Positions 24,461 through 37,910 of a DNA stretch of 64,000 nucleotides are shown one piece after another. This stretch comes from Ginglymostoma cirratum (Eukaryota). The stretch lies in NCBI GenBank assembly GCA_024137785.1, contig JAHRHZ010000085.1, positions 2,767,494 through 2,831,493 on the forward strand, in the 5' to 3' direction. The translations under genes were made by a program, and so were the position numbers. How positions within the stretch are numbered: the stretch's first letter is position 1; every line of letters starts with the position of its first letter. The notes beneath the pieces were generated by a model. The model did no database searches and was not told the origin of the DNA. It was given only the letters and a program-made list of their open reading frames with translations.

Positions 24461-25458
24461 GATGCAATGGGGCGTAGATAACATAAAAGCACAAGTAAAG
24501 GCTTTGCATTTTGATGCATTTAACATTTTTAACAAAACAAAAGCATTGACAACACACATTGACATGAATAAATATGACTTGATTCGTCCTTATGGAAATG
24601 TTTCTACAGGATGGGAAGTTTTTGGTTCTGAATATTGATCAGTCTATTACAATGAAGAAACGTAGGAAGCTTGATATAAACGAAGAGGTAGCACTACGAC
24701 TCAAAGATGGTATGTGTGCAGCAGTCGGGGCTGACATAAGTTTAGCAGATGAGAATGGAGAATCGATTTGTGAGAGGAGGAATGGTGGGCGATGTACAGA
24801 AAGTAGACAAAAAAAACAAATTGGGTGCTTCGGCTGAAGGGACAACAATAATCATGCCTGAATTTAAGCAATAAAAAGAAGTAGAAAAATTAAATTGGTA
24901 ATAGTTCACTCATTGAAGATTCACGGGATTAATTTGAGATTGTTTCTTAAAACAGTACACATGGAACTAACCAAATACTCGACTTGGTATGATGTATCCC
25001 CACAGAATTAATTCATGATTTTAGAGTAATGCCCACCCTGAGCAAGCCATGATCATAACTTGATTGAATTTTAAAGCCTGTTTGATACTGAAAAGACTCA
25101 GTTCAAGACTAATATTTTCAACTGTAAAAAGGGCGAAGGTGTGGGCAGAAAAGATGAGCTAGCTGAAGTGAACGTGAATGTTAGGCTATGAGATTGCTTA
25201 GGAGAAAATCAGTTGCCAAGATTTCAGTAGATATTTCAGAATATTCAGAGTAAGTACATTATTATCATAAATAAAATTTTCAAACGGATGATCCAGCATT
25301 CTTCACTAAACAATTCAGGAGTATTTCAAACGTCACGCAATAACCATTTAATTGCGCAAAACTGACTGGCCGGTCAGAAGACCAGTCAGAATAACAACAA
25401 ACAGCAGAGAATGTCTCAAAGGTCAATCAGACCAAATACAGCAGAACATGTGATGAGT

Positions 25459-25690
25459 CTGTGCTGCTGGAGCTATCTGGGCCCACTGAAGCTGTGCTGC
25501 TGGTGCAACTTGGGGGCCCACTGAGGCTGTGCTGCCGGTGCTACTTGGGGGCCCACTGAGGCTGTGCTGCTGGTGCGGCCTGGGCCCACTGAGGCTGTGC
25601 TGCTGGTGCTAAGTGGGGGCCCACTGAGGCTGTGCTGCTGATGCTGCCTGAGCCCACTGAGGATGTGCTGTTTGTGTTCCCTGGTCCTGC
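25459..25690. repeat. Minisatellite, 33-35 bp unit, about 6.5 copies
   Basis: (CTGTGCTGCTGGTGCTACTTGGGGGCCCACTGAGG)n. Confidence 0.9.
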
Positions 25691-25727
25691 TGCCTTGTCT
25701 GGGGCATTTAACGTTTTCACTCTTCAG

Positions 25728-26862
25728 GTTCTACATGGTAGACTAATTCGTAAAGTTAGGTCGCATGGGATTCAGGGCAAGCTTGTCAATTGAACACATA
25801 ATTGGGCTAATGGCAGGAGGCAGAGAGTGATGGTGGAGGGTTGCTTTTCGGATTGGAGACCTGTTACCCACAGTTTTCCACAGGGATCTATCCTGGTCTT
25901 CTTTTGTTTGTTATTTATGTAAATGATTTGGATGAGATGACAGAAGGCATGGTTAGTAAATTGTGGATGACACCAGAATTGGTGGCATAGTGGACGGTGA
26001 AGAGGGTTTTCTCAGATTACAAATGGATCTTGATCAAATGGGTCAATGGGTTGAAAAATGGCAGGTGGAGTCCAATCTGGATAAATTGCGAAGGAATTGC
26101 ATTTTGGTACAACAAACATGAGTAGAGTTTATACAATTAAAGTTAGGGCCTTGGGCAGTGCTGTGGAACAGAGGGACCTTGGGGTGCAGGTATATAATTC
26201 TTTGATGTTTGTGTTATGTACAGACAGGGTGGTTAAAAAGGCATTTTGCACACTTGTCTTCATTGCTCAGTCCTTTGAGTGCAGGCGTTGGGAAATCATG
26301 TTGTGGTTATACAGGACATTGTAAGGTCTCTTCTGGAATATATTTTCAAGCTATGATTGCCCAGTTATAGGAAGGATATTATTAAGCTGGGGTCAGAAGT
26401 GATTTACCAGGATATTGCAAGGTTTGGAATGTTTGAGTTATAAAGAAAGGCTGGATAGGCCGGGACTTTTCTCATTGGAGCATAGGAGGCAGAGAAGCGA
26501 CCTTATAGAAGCTGATAAAATAATGAGGAGTTCATGGCAGTTGTGCTTTCCCGAGGAAGGGGGATTTTAAAACTAAGGGCATATTTTTAATGTGAGAGGA
26601 GAGAGGTTTAAAGAAGACATGAGCAGCAAATCTTTTACACAAAGGGTGCTTCGTGAATGGAATGAACTTCCTGAGGAAGTGATGGATGTGGGTAAAACTG
26701 CAACGTTTAAAAGACATTTGGATAGATACATAGATAGGAAAGGTCTGGATGGATATGGGCCAGGAGCAGGCTGGTGGGTCTCGTAAGGTTTAGGATAACC
26801 GTCGGCATGGATTTGTTGGACTGAAGGGTCTGTTTCCGTGTGGTATGACTCTCTGAATCTCT
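25728..26862 (+). mobile_element. CR1-type LINE 3' fragment
   Basis: QRDLGVQVYNSL, RGERFKED..FTQRVLREWNELPEEV; ends with ATGACTCT tail. Confidence 0.8.
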
Positions 26863-27408
26863 GGCTCTAAGAGGTGACCAGGGCCATCTGCTGCAGGGCC
26901 CAACCATTCCTCCGCTGGGGGAACTGCTGCTGCTGCTTTGGCCCTGGCTCTGACCCCATCACCCTGCAAGTTCTTTGTTCACAGCCTCGGGGTAAAATGT
27001 TATGTCCACTTGGACATGCCAGCATGAAGGCAATGGCTGGTGTCATTGGTCCATCATTCATTTCACAGCATCTAAAATGTATTGCAAAGCTGTCTTTTTC
27101 CTTCAATTTGAGCAGGCTGGAAATCTGGCCTTGAAGAAGGGATTCACGTTGACAGGACACATCTTGCAATTTGTTGCCAGGAAGCTTCTCCTCCTCCCCC
27201 ACTTGCAGTAGCTCTGGGAAGTGATGTTGGGGGAGCTCCCATCCCACATGGGCTGAAGGACAATGTCCTCTGTGACAGCTACACCTTCGGGTGAATGGTC
27301 CTCATCAGTTTGGCCTGGGAGGTGATGACCAAGGGGGCATTCACTGTGCGCCATGGTGGGGGGAGCTGCCTATTGGACCTGCTAGATGGCAGACATCATG
27401 TGGTTTCA

Positions 27409-28880
27409 GAGATAAAAGGCACTGCAGATGCTGGAGAATCTGAGATACCAAGCATGGGGCTGGATGAACACAGCAGGTCAAGCAGCATCACAGGAGCAGG
27501 AAAACTTGACGTTTCGGGCCTAAACACTTCATCAGAAATGGGGGAGGGGAAGAGGGTTCTGAAATAAATAGTGAGAGAAGGGGAGGTGGATAGAGGATGG
27601 ATAGAGGAGAGGATAGGTGGAGAGGAGGCAGACAAGTCGAAGAGGTGGGGATGGAGCCAGCAAAGGTGAGTGTAGGTAGGGGGGTAGGAAGGAAATAGGT
27701 CAGTCCAGGGAGGACGGACAGGTCAAGGGGGCGGGATGATGTCAGTAGATAGGAGATGGGGGTGTGGCTTGAGGTGAGAGGAAAAACAGGTTAGGGAGGT
27801 GGAGATGAGCTGGGCTGGTTTTGGGATGCGGTTGGGGGAGGGGAGATTTTGAAGCTTGTGAAATCCACATTGATGCCATTGGGCTGCAGGGTTCCCAGGC
27901 TGAATATGATTTGCTGTTCCTGCAGCCTTCGTGTGGCATCACTGTGGCATTGCAGGAGGCCAAGGATGGACATGTCATCTGAGGAATGGGAAGGGGAGTT
28001 GAAATGGTTCGCGACTGGGAGGTGCAGTTGTTTGTTGCGAACTGAGCGCAGGTGTTCTGCAAAGTGGTCCCCAAGCCTCCGCTTGGTTTCCCCAATGTAG
28101 AGGAAGCCACAACGGGTACAGCGGATGCAGTATACCACATTGACAGATGTGCAGGTGAACCTCTGCCTGATGTGGAAATTCTTCTTGGGGCCTGGGATTG
28201 GGGTGAGGGAGGAGGTGTGGGGGCAGGTGGAGCACTTCCTGCGGTTACAAGGAAAAGTGCCGGGTGTGGTGGGGCTGGAGGGGAGTGTGGAGAGGACAAG
28301 GGAGTCGCGGAGGGAGTAGTCCCTCCGGAAGGCAGATAAGGGTGGGGAGGGAAAAATGTCTTTGGTGGTGGGGTCTGGTTGCAGATGGCGGAAGTGTCGG
28401 AGGATGGTGTGTTGGATCTGGAGGTTGGTGGGGTGGTATGTGAGGACGAGGGGATTCTTTTTTGGCTATTGTTGCGGGGACGAGGCGTGAGGGATGTGTT
28501 CCGGGAAATGCGGGAGACACGGTCGAGGCGTTCTCGACCACTGTGGGGGGAAGTTGCGGTCCTTGAAGAATGAGGACATTTGAGATGTGCGGGATTGGAA
28601 TGTCTCATCCTGGGAACAGATGCGGCGGAGGTGAAGGAACTGGGAAGAGGGGATGGGTGGGAGGAGGTGTATTCCAGGTAGCTGTGGGAGTCAGTGGGCT
28701 TGAAATGGACATCTGTCTCTAGGTGGTTGCCCGAGATGGAGACAGAGAGGTCCAGGAAGGAGAGAGAAGTGTTGGAGATGGTCCAGGTGAACTTCAGGTT
28801 GGGGTGGAAGGTGTTGGTGAATTGGATGAACTGTTCGAGCTCCTCGTGGGAGCACGAGGCGACGCCGATGCAGTCATCAA
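27409..28880 (-). mobile_element. Penelope-like element, left arm of inverted double insertion
   Basis: Reverse complement of 29130-30589 with small deletions; GIY-YIG ORF 27791-28138. Confidence 0.92.
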
Positions 28881-30589
28881 AAGGCCCTCCGCTTCTTCCT
28901 GTCCCGCAGAACGGACCAATCCCCCTCCACCAACACCCTCATCCGCCTAGCCGAACTCGTCCTCACCCTCAACAACTTTTCTTTCAATTCCTCCCACTTC
29001 CTACAGACAAAGGGGGTGGCCATGGGTACCCGCATGGGCCCAAGCTATGCCTGCCTCTTTGTCGGTTATGTGGAACAATCCCTCTTCCGCACCTACAGTG
29101 GCCCTAAACCCCACCTCTTCCTCCGTTACATTGATGACTGCATCGGCGACGCCTCGGGCTCCCACGAGGAGCTCGAACAGTTCATCCAATTCACCAACAC
29201 CTTCCACCCCAACCTGAAGTTCACCTGGACCATCTCCAACACTTCTCTCTCCTTCCTGGACCTCTCTGTCTCCATCCCGGGCAACCACCTAGAGACAGAT
29301 GTCCATTTCAAGCCCACTGACTCCCACAGCTACCTGGAAGACACCTCCTCGCACCCACCATCCTGCAAAAATGCCATCCCCTATTCCCAATTCCTTCGCC
29401 TCCGCCGCATCTGCTCCCAGGATGAGACATTCCAATCCCGCACATCTCAAATGTCCTCATTCTTCAAGGACCGCAACTTCCCCACCACAGTGGTCGAGAA
29501 CACCCTCGACCGTGTCTCCCGCATTTCCCGGAACACATCCCTCACGCCCCGTCCCCGCAACAATAACCAAAAAAGAATCCCCCTCGTCCTCACATACCAC
29601 CCCACCAACCTCCGGATCCAACGCATCATCCTCCGACACTTCCGCCATCTGCAATCAGACCCCACCACCAAAGACATTTTTCCCTCCCCACCCTTATCTG
29701 CCTTCCGGAGGGACCACTCCCTCCACGACTCCCTTGTCCGCTCCACACTCCCCTCCAGCCCCACCACACCCAGCACTTTTCCTTGTAACCGCAGGAAGTG
29801 CTACACCTGCCCCCACACCTCCTCCCTCACCCCAATCCCAGGCCCCAAGAAGACTTTCCACATCAGGCAGAGGTTCACCTGTACATCTGCCAATGTTGTA
29901 TACTGCATCCGCTGTACCCGTTGTGGCTTCCTCTACATTGGGGAAACCAAGCGGAGGCTTGGGGACCACTTTGCAGAACACCTGCGCTCAGTTCGCAACA
30001 AACAACTGCACCTCCCAGTCGCGAACCATTTCAACTCCCCCTCCCATTCCTCAGATGACATGTCCATCCTTGGCCTCCTGCAATGCCACAGTGATGCCAC
30101 CCGAAGGCTGCAGGAACAGCAAATCATATTCAGCCTGGGAAACCTGCAGCCCAATGGCATCAATGTGGATTTCACAAGCTTCAAAATCTCCCCTCCCCCA
30201 ACCGCATCCCAAAACCAGCCCAGCTCATCTCCACCTCCCTTACCTGTTTTTCCTCTCACCTCAAGCCACACCCCCATCTCCTATCTACTAACATCATCCC
30301 GCCCCCTTGACCTGTCCGTCCTCCCTGGACTGACCTATCTCCTCCCTACCCCCCTACCTACACTCACCTTTACTGGCTCCATCCCCGCCTCTTCGACTTG
30401 TCTGCCTCCTCTCCACCTATCTTCTCCTCTATCCATCCTCTATCCACCTCCCCCTCTCTCCCTATTTATTTCAGAACCCTCTTCCCCTCCCCCATTTCTG
30501 ATGAAGTGTTTAGGCCCGAAACGTCAAGTTTTCCTGCTCCTGTGATGCTGCTTGACCTGCTGTGTTCATCCAGCCCCATGCTTGTTATC
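28878..30589 (+). mobile_element. Penelope-like element, right arm; open RT C-terminal half + GIY-YIG endonuclease
   Basis: 509-aa ORF 29016-30545: GVAMGTRMGPSYA, YIDD, FLDL, then C-x2-C-x2-C and VVYCIRC..LYIGETKRRL..RF/HFAEH; 5'-truncated so non-autonomous. Confidence 0.95.
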
Positions 30590-31004
30590 ATGTGGTTCCA
30601 TACAGTAAGGAGCTGAGGGTTACTTTAGAAAGTGTCGCACCATCCCTACGCCTCCCAGTCACATGGGAAGCTGTTGGTGTCACTGCTGTGACCATTCCTC
30701 CTCTGCAAACAAAACCTCGAGCCCAGGCCAGAGCCCACCACTGTCCCGGGTTGTGGTGAGGGGTATTTGGGGGTGAGAAACCTCCCAGAACGGAGGCATG
30801 ATACAACGTGTAGAATATAGAGGCAGCCCACCCTCCTCCCCTCTCCACCAGGATGTGTCTCCTGCCACGTTGAATCTTCTTGCACTACTCCTCGTGTCCA
30901 AATCCGAATCTGGGTTTCCCAGCGCAGAAATGGCCTTGTGTCCTGCACCTGAGGGGCCAAAACACAATGATCTCGAGCTCGTCCTTACCACCTCACCACA
31001 ATAA

Positions 31005-31920
31005 TACCAAGCCCGGAACCAGTTATTAACACCTCAGCACTGTAATCCTAAACCCAGCCTTTAACACATCAGCACAGTAATCCGAAACCCAATCTTTAAC
31101 ACCTCAGCACGGTAATCCTAAACCCAGTTTTAACACCTAAGCACAGTAATCCTAAACCCATTCATTAACACCTCAGCGCGGTAATCCTAAACCCAGTCTT
31201 TAACACCTCAACATAATAACCCTAAACCCAGTCTTTAACACCTCAGCACGGTCATCCTAAACCCACTCATTAATACTTCAGCGCAGTAATCCTGTACGCA
31301 GTCTTTAACACCTCAGCATGGTAATCCTAAATCGAATCATTAACACCTCTGCGCTGTCATCCTAAACCCAGTCCTTAACACCTCAGCATGATAATCCTGA
31401 ACCCATTCATTAATACCTCAGTGCGGTAATCCTAAACCAAGTCATTAACACCTCAGCACGGTAATCCTAAACCCAGTCATTAACACCTCAACATGGTAAT
31501 CCTAAACCCAGTCATTAACACATCAGCATGGTAACCCTAAACCCAGTCTTTAACACCACAGCACGGTAATGCTAAACCCAGTCATTTACCCCTCAGCGCG
31601 GTAATCCTAAACCCAGCCTTTAAAACGTCAGCGCGATAATCCNNNNNNNNNNTTAAAACGTCAGCGCGATAATCCTGAACCCAGTCTTCAACACCTCAGC
31701 GCGCTAATCCTAAACCCAGTCATTAACACCTTAGCACGGTAATCGTAAACCCAGTTATTAATACCTCAGCACGGTAATCCTAAACCCAGTCATTATTTCC
31801 TCAGCACAGTAATCCTAAACTCAGCCTTTAACACTTCAGCACGGTAATCTTAAACCCTGTCATTAACACTTCATCGCAGTGATCCTGATCCCAGCCGTTA
31901 ACACCTCAGCACAGTGAACA
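31005..31920. repeat. 35-bp tandem satellite, about 25 visible copies, spanning an assembly gap
   Basis: (AAACCCAGTCATTAACACCTCAGCACGGTAATCCT)n. Confidence 0.95.
31643..31652. other. Assembly gap (10 N)
   Basis: N run; TTAAAACGTCAGCGCGATAATCC occurs on both sides, suggesting overlapping contig ends. Confidence 0.95.
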
Positions 31921-32446
31921 TAACACCCTCTGTCACTCATTACCTTGGCACATGGGCCCCAAGTTCGGAGATTGTGGTGATGGTCTTCCCTGGACTCATT
32001 ACTCCCCTGGCCTTTTATGTTTGTTGAGTGGCTCGGGGGAGGCAAAACAGACCGAGGCTGATGGGAGGCTGGAAAGCTTCAGAGAAATACAGGCCAAATG
32101 CAGGCAAATGGGACGAGTTTAGTTTGGGAAACATTGTCAGCATGGCCAGGTTGGGCCAAAAGGTCGATTTCTGTGCTGTGTGACTCTATGACTCTTTACA
32201 CTCTGAATTCTCCAGAAGAAGCTGACTGTTTTCTGCTGAAATATCCTGCATCTCTGTTGATCTATAGTTGAGTCAACAACATGGTGCCTGGGGTTTGGAC
32301 TTCAACTGTTTTGATCTTTTTTGTGCAGATGTTGCTGTTCCTCACGTTGTTCTCGTAAATTCACGACAGAATTTTTAACATTAGCTCAAAGCAGATTGCA
32401 CTTATCATTATTTTCTCCATGAATAGCTGGGAATAATCTGTAAATT

Positions 32447-34040
32447 AAAAACCAAAAGAACTGCAGATGCTGTAAATCAGGAACAAAAACAAAGTTGCTG
32501 GAGAAACTCGGCATGTCAGGCAGCATCTGCGAAGGCAAAAATAGAGTTATCGTTTTGGGTCCATTGGCCCTTCCTCAGAACTGATGGTGGCTGGGAAAAC
32601 ATCAGTTTATATGCAGAAAATAGGGATGTGCGTGGGGTAGGGAGTAAACGATAGGATAGAGCCAAAAGAGAGTGAGAGACAGTTGGACAGACAAAGGAAT
32701 TGATAATGATCAGGCTGGGAGGGTGAACAGTTGTTCATGGGGATAGTTAGTGATTAACAACAGAGGTTGTGTAATAGCAGGCTATGTGGTAACAAGGCCT
32801 GGTGTGTGGGGTAGGGGACTGGGACATGGGAGAGTTTAGGCCCTAAAATTATTGAACTCAATATTGAGTCCAGAGGGCAGTAGGATCCCCAAGTGGAAAA
32901 TGAGGTGTTGTTCCTCCAGCTTGCATTGGGTTTCACTGGAACACTGCAACAAGCCAGAGACAGAGTCGTTGGTCAGGGAGCAGGGTGGTGTGTTGAAGTG
33001 GCAGGCAACAGGTAGTTCAGGGTCTTTCTTGTGACCAGAACGTAGATGTTCTGCGAAGCGGTCGCCAAGTCTGCACTTCATTTCCCCAATGTAAAGGAGA
33101 CCACACTGTGAGCTGCGAATGCAGTAGATTAAATTCTGGGAAGTGCAGGTGAAGTGTTGTTTCACCTGAAAGGTATGTTTGGGCCCTTGGATACTGAGAA
33201 AGGAGGAGGTAAATGTGCAGGTGTTGCACCTTCTCTTGTTACAGGGGAAGGTGCCATAGGGCTGTGGGGAGGTGTTGGGGGTGAAGGAAGTGTTGACCAG
33301 GGTGTCCCAGAGTGAATGGTCCCTGCAGAAGTCGGACGACGGAGGGGAGGGGAAGATGTGTCTGGTGATGACATTTCACTGGAGGTGGCGGAAATGGCGT
33401 CTGACGATCTTCTGGATGTGGATGCTGGTGGGATGGTAGGTGAGGATAAGGAATAAGACTTCTGAGGAAGGGTCACCAGACCCAAAACCTTAACTCTGCT
33501 TTCCCCTTCACAGATGCTGCCAGACCTGCTGAACTTTTGCAGCAACTTTGTTTTTGTTCTTGATTTAGAGCATTCGTGGTTCTTTTGGTTTTTCTTTAGA
33601 GGACAAGGGAAACACTATTGCTGTTGTGGGAAAGTAAAGAAGGAGTGAGGGCGGAAGTGCGGGAGATGGGTCAGACCTTGTTGAGGGCCCTGTCGACAAC
33701 GGAGCTGGGGAATGCTCGGTTGAGGAAGAAGGTGGACATTTTGGAGGCTCCCTTGTCGAAGTTGGCATCTTCTGAGCATCTGCAACGGAGACAGAAGAAC
33801 TGAAAGAATGGGATGGAGTCTTTACAGGAAGTGGGGTGTGAGGATGTATAGTCCAGGTAGCTGTGGGAGCCGAAGGAGTAGGTAAAGGTCAGTCTGAGGG
33901 AATGAATAGCTGCTAATGGGGACCATTAGTGGCTGATAACTGGTAGTGTTTGATAGCAGCCTATGGGATGACAAGGCCTGGTGTGTGGGGGTAGGGGAAT
34001 GCATGTGGAAAGGTGCTCAAGCTTGAAAAATGTTGAATCC
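32447..34040 (-). mobile_element. Second, older Penelope-like family fragment with nested mini-element (about 33460-33597) and partial tandem repeat
   Basis: ORF 32836-33165 LIYCIRSSQCGLLYIGEMKCRLGDRFAEHL (GIY-YIG); 33900-34040 repeats 32725-32870. Confidence 0.85.
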
Positions 34041-36524
34041 ATCTTGAAGAAATTCTGCTCCTTTTGCCCACCTTCAAGAATGGGCTACTTCTGCTTATAA
34101 TTAGTATGAACATATGCTCATAATTACAGATTTATTTGTTGAATGTAATACTTAGAACCTTCTTTGGCAGGATTTGAAAGCATAAGAGAGCCTGAGAAAT
34201 ACTGGGCAAAGGTAGTGCTGAGGAATGTCAAGTGTAGCTGGACATGATCTCAATTGTTAGAAATGGTTATTGCCCTTGTGTAGCATGTTTGTTATCTGCA
34301 AATTATCAGCCCAAGTCTGAATGTTGTCCAGGTCTTTCTGCCTATGGAACGGGCCTGCGTCAGTATCAGAGGAGCTCTGATGGTGGTGAACATTGTGCAA
34401 TTATCAGCAAACATGGCCAATTTGGACAGCGTAGTGGCTTAGTGGTGAGCACAGCTGCCTTACAGCACCAGTGGCTTGGGTTTAGTTCCAGCTTTGGGCA
34501 AATGTCGATGTGGAGCTTGCACATTATCCCAGTGTCTCTTTGGGATTCCTCTGGGTGCTCTTCTTTCCTCTCTGAGTCGAAAGATGTGCTGGTTCGGTGG
34601 ATAGGGCATGCACAATTGCCTGTTATGTCCAGGGTTACGTGGGCTTGGTGAATGAGCCATGGGAAATACAGGGAGAGGGTAGGGGGTGGGTCTGGGAGGG
34701 ACAGTGTGCACCTGATGGGCTGAATAGCCTGCTTCCACACTGTAAGTATTCTCTTCTGTGATTGAATTCTGTCTTATAAAGGAGCAGTCGAAAGTAATTG
34801 AGGGAGGAGTCTACCAAAATAAAATAAAACTAGTCTGACTCCAAATGAAAACACAAACAGATTCTCAGCAAGGTCTCACATCTGGATGCATTGCCTGATC
34901 TAAAATGTCACCTCTTATTTACACTGATAAAACCTTTAGTTTTGATACTGTGTTGGCAGCAAGCTTGGTGACATGGATGCAAAGATTGAGTTGATGTTTA
35001 GACTCGTACAATTTGGAAGGCACGCAACATGGAATGACTTTGTCAAGTAAGGAGATCATGTGCATGGGCTGTCACACAAAGGCAGATAAGTCAATTGTAC
35101 TTGACTCTCCGGAATTAATAGAAAATATTGTTTCTTTTAATTTTTGAATTGTTCACTTCTTATCCTGCATGAGTTGTCTTTTGGTTTATATCGTTCTTGT
35201 TTTGTCATTTTACTCTGCTTCTTTCTTATCCTGTATCTAACAATTCTTGTTTGCTGTTTGTTGGAAAGTATTAAACTGCACCTTTGTGCCACCCACCAAG
35301 GTTGTGTTCAATATCGTTGCATGCACTCAGCTCTTTCCTGACTTTCAGTCATTTTGCAACAGGACTGCCTCTTACAATATGTGGAGATTATTAGCTTTTT
35401 ATTTATGTTTTGCATTGTGATTTTTGAACAACTGCAGATTTTTTTTGTGTGACAATTATCATTTAACAATTCCAGAACAGTACACAGACATTCAGAAACA
35501 GCTGTCTGTTTTGTCTCTCAGGCATCAACCTTGGAATAACAGAAGAAACTGAAAATGCTAACATGCTTATAATGATAGTGATTGGCACACTTGTTTGGAG
35601 CCTATACAATCCCAGATTTGTATATAATTAATATCTGAGGTGAATGGAAAATAAACTTGCCATTAGACAGATTTAACTGCGTGCATGTTCTGTCAGATTC
35701 CTTATGAAAAGGCACAGAGATATGTGATTCCAAGTTCACAAATCACACAAAAATTACAAAGCTGAAGTATCAAATACTTTTATTGCAATGACGTGAGAAT
35801 GTGAAAACAAATAATGTGTTTTATGTGAGTGCATTTTCAGTGGCCGTCTAGAGTACTGTGCTTCAAAGGAATTATATATTGCCCTTTGAGATCTACAGTG
35901 CAGCTGGATGGGTTGTACAGTTTGCATGACAAGAGCATGTTCCGTCAACATGGTGCGAATTTCATCAATTTTGTGGTTTAATTGGTGATACCAGTAGTTA
36001 TGTTTATAAAAAAGAAAGGGATTTGAGGATCAGATGCAAGTAAACTGTTTTGCTGGTTGGGAAATTCTCCAGAATGGACCTAAGTCAGAGTGAAATCACA
36101 ATTTATTTTGTGGCTCAGACAGTATAAACTCGATTAATTGAATAGGTCATAATAATAGCAATTTACTTTAATTCAGGTTCGGAATCTGTGGATCTGGATC
36201 ACAGGCGACTAATTTAACTTATTGCACTAATCAGCCTTGATTTTTTGAGTGATTGCAACATTAAGGGCAGATGGTGTGGGGTCGAAATGCTGAATGGCCT
36301 GTTTCATTCCTTTTGTCTCATGAACTTTTAAAAAGTATGAGATAGATTTTCTCTTAAACCATCAGAAGAAAAGGAAAGTGAACTTTAATGGGGAAATATC
36401 CATCAGACTTCTCAGACACTGAGTAGTTTAATCAGACATGGGTTATTTCCTTCAATTACTGTTTGATGGATAACTTCATTGCAGACATTTGAAATTACTT
36501 TTTTCCATTGTAATTTTCTAATAA

Positions 36525-37910
36525 GATCACAAGAGGTAAGAACAGCAGTAGGCTGTTCAGCTCCGACAGCCAGCTTTGCCATTCAATAGTTGCATGGCTG
36601 ATCCGACATTCCTATCCTTTGCCCTAAACCCTTCATTGCCATCCTAATGAAGAATCTTTCTATCTCAACCTTCAATATCCACAAGGACTCTGCCCCCACA
36701 TCTCTCCATGGGAAGGGGTTCCAAAGATTCAAAACCCGCTGACAGAAGAAATTCCTCCTCAATTCAATTTAAATTGGCACCTCTTTATTCTGAGACTGTG
36801 CCCTCTGGTCGCAGACTCTCATATGAAGAGAAACATCCTCTTAGCCTTTACCTTGCCAAACCTTTTAAGAATGTTCAATGTTTCAATGTGATTCCCCTCT
36901 CATTCTTCTAAACTCCAGTGTTTGGAATGTCAACCAGTTTCGCCTTTGCTGTTAATCCCTCCATTCTGTGGATCATCCTTGTGAACATTCTCTGATATGC
37001 CTCTCATGAAATGATAGATTATCTTAAATAATGGCACCAAAACTGTGCATAGTGGTCCAGATGCCGTCTCAAGACTTTGTACAGTTGCAGTAATACTTCC
37101 TTAATCTTATACTGCAACACCCTTGAAATAAAGGGCAACATTCCATGAGCCTTCATTATTACCAGTTGTACCTGCATGTCAGCTTTCTGTATTTCATACA
37201 GAAGTCCCCCCAAGTACCTTTGAGTTGCAGCTTTCTGCATCTTTTGTCCTTTAAATAACAGTGTCCTTTGTTCTCCTTTCCAAAATGAACAACTTCACAC
37301 ACTTCCCCACATTATATTCTATTTGCCAACTATTTGCTTCGAACGTAATCTGTCAATATCTCTCTGCAGACTGTTTCTATCCCTGTCACAAATATCTTTC
37401 CACTTATTTTTGTTCTATCTGCATATTTAGCTGCAGGACTTTCGCTTGTGTCATTCAAGTCATGAGTGAATATTGCAATCAGTTGTGATCCCAGTACTGA
37501 TCCCTGTGGAACCCCAGTCGTCACAGGTCACCAACGTAAAAATAAACGTGTATACCTACCCTATGTTTCCTGCTCATAAACCAATACTTCATACCATTGT
37601 ACTACCACCAACAACATGGGCTCTTATCTTATAACTTAACCTTTTTTGACGTAACTTGTCGAATGTCTTCTGGAAGTCCAAATACAACACATCTACTGGT
37701 TCCCTTCTATCCACTCTGGTTGAAACTGCCTCATAAGACTCTAATAAATTAGTCAGATGCGATTTCCTTTTCATGAAGCCATGTCAACTCTTCATAATGA
37801 TAATGATTTTCCAAATATTCTGCTGTTACTTACTTCTTTTACAATTTATTCCAATACACTTCCACCAACAGCTGTTGGATTTATTGGCCTATAGTTACAC
37901 AGTTTTTGCC
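36525..37910 (-). mobile_element. CR1-type LINE fragment
   Basis: VDVLYLDFQKTFDKL, TGVPQGSVLGS..KYADRTKI. Confidence 0.8.

Noticed and set aside
29299-30291. Long Pro/Ser/Thr-rich ORFs (also 27742-28608 and antisense ORFs at 22-1400)
   Set aside because: Alternative frames of the C-rich Penelope sequence.
31005-31920. CRISPR-like array
   Set aside because: Units are head-to-tail with no unique spacers, in a vertebrate context with no cas genes.
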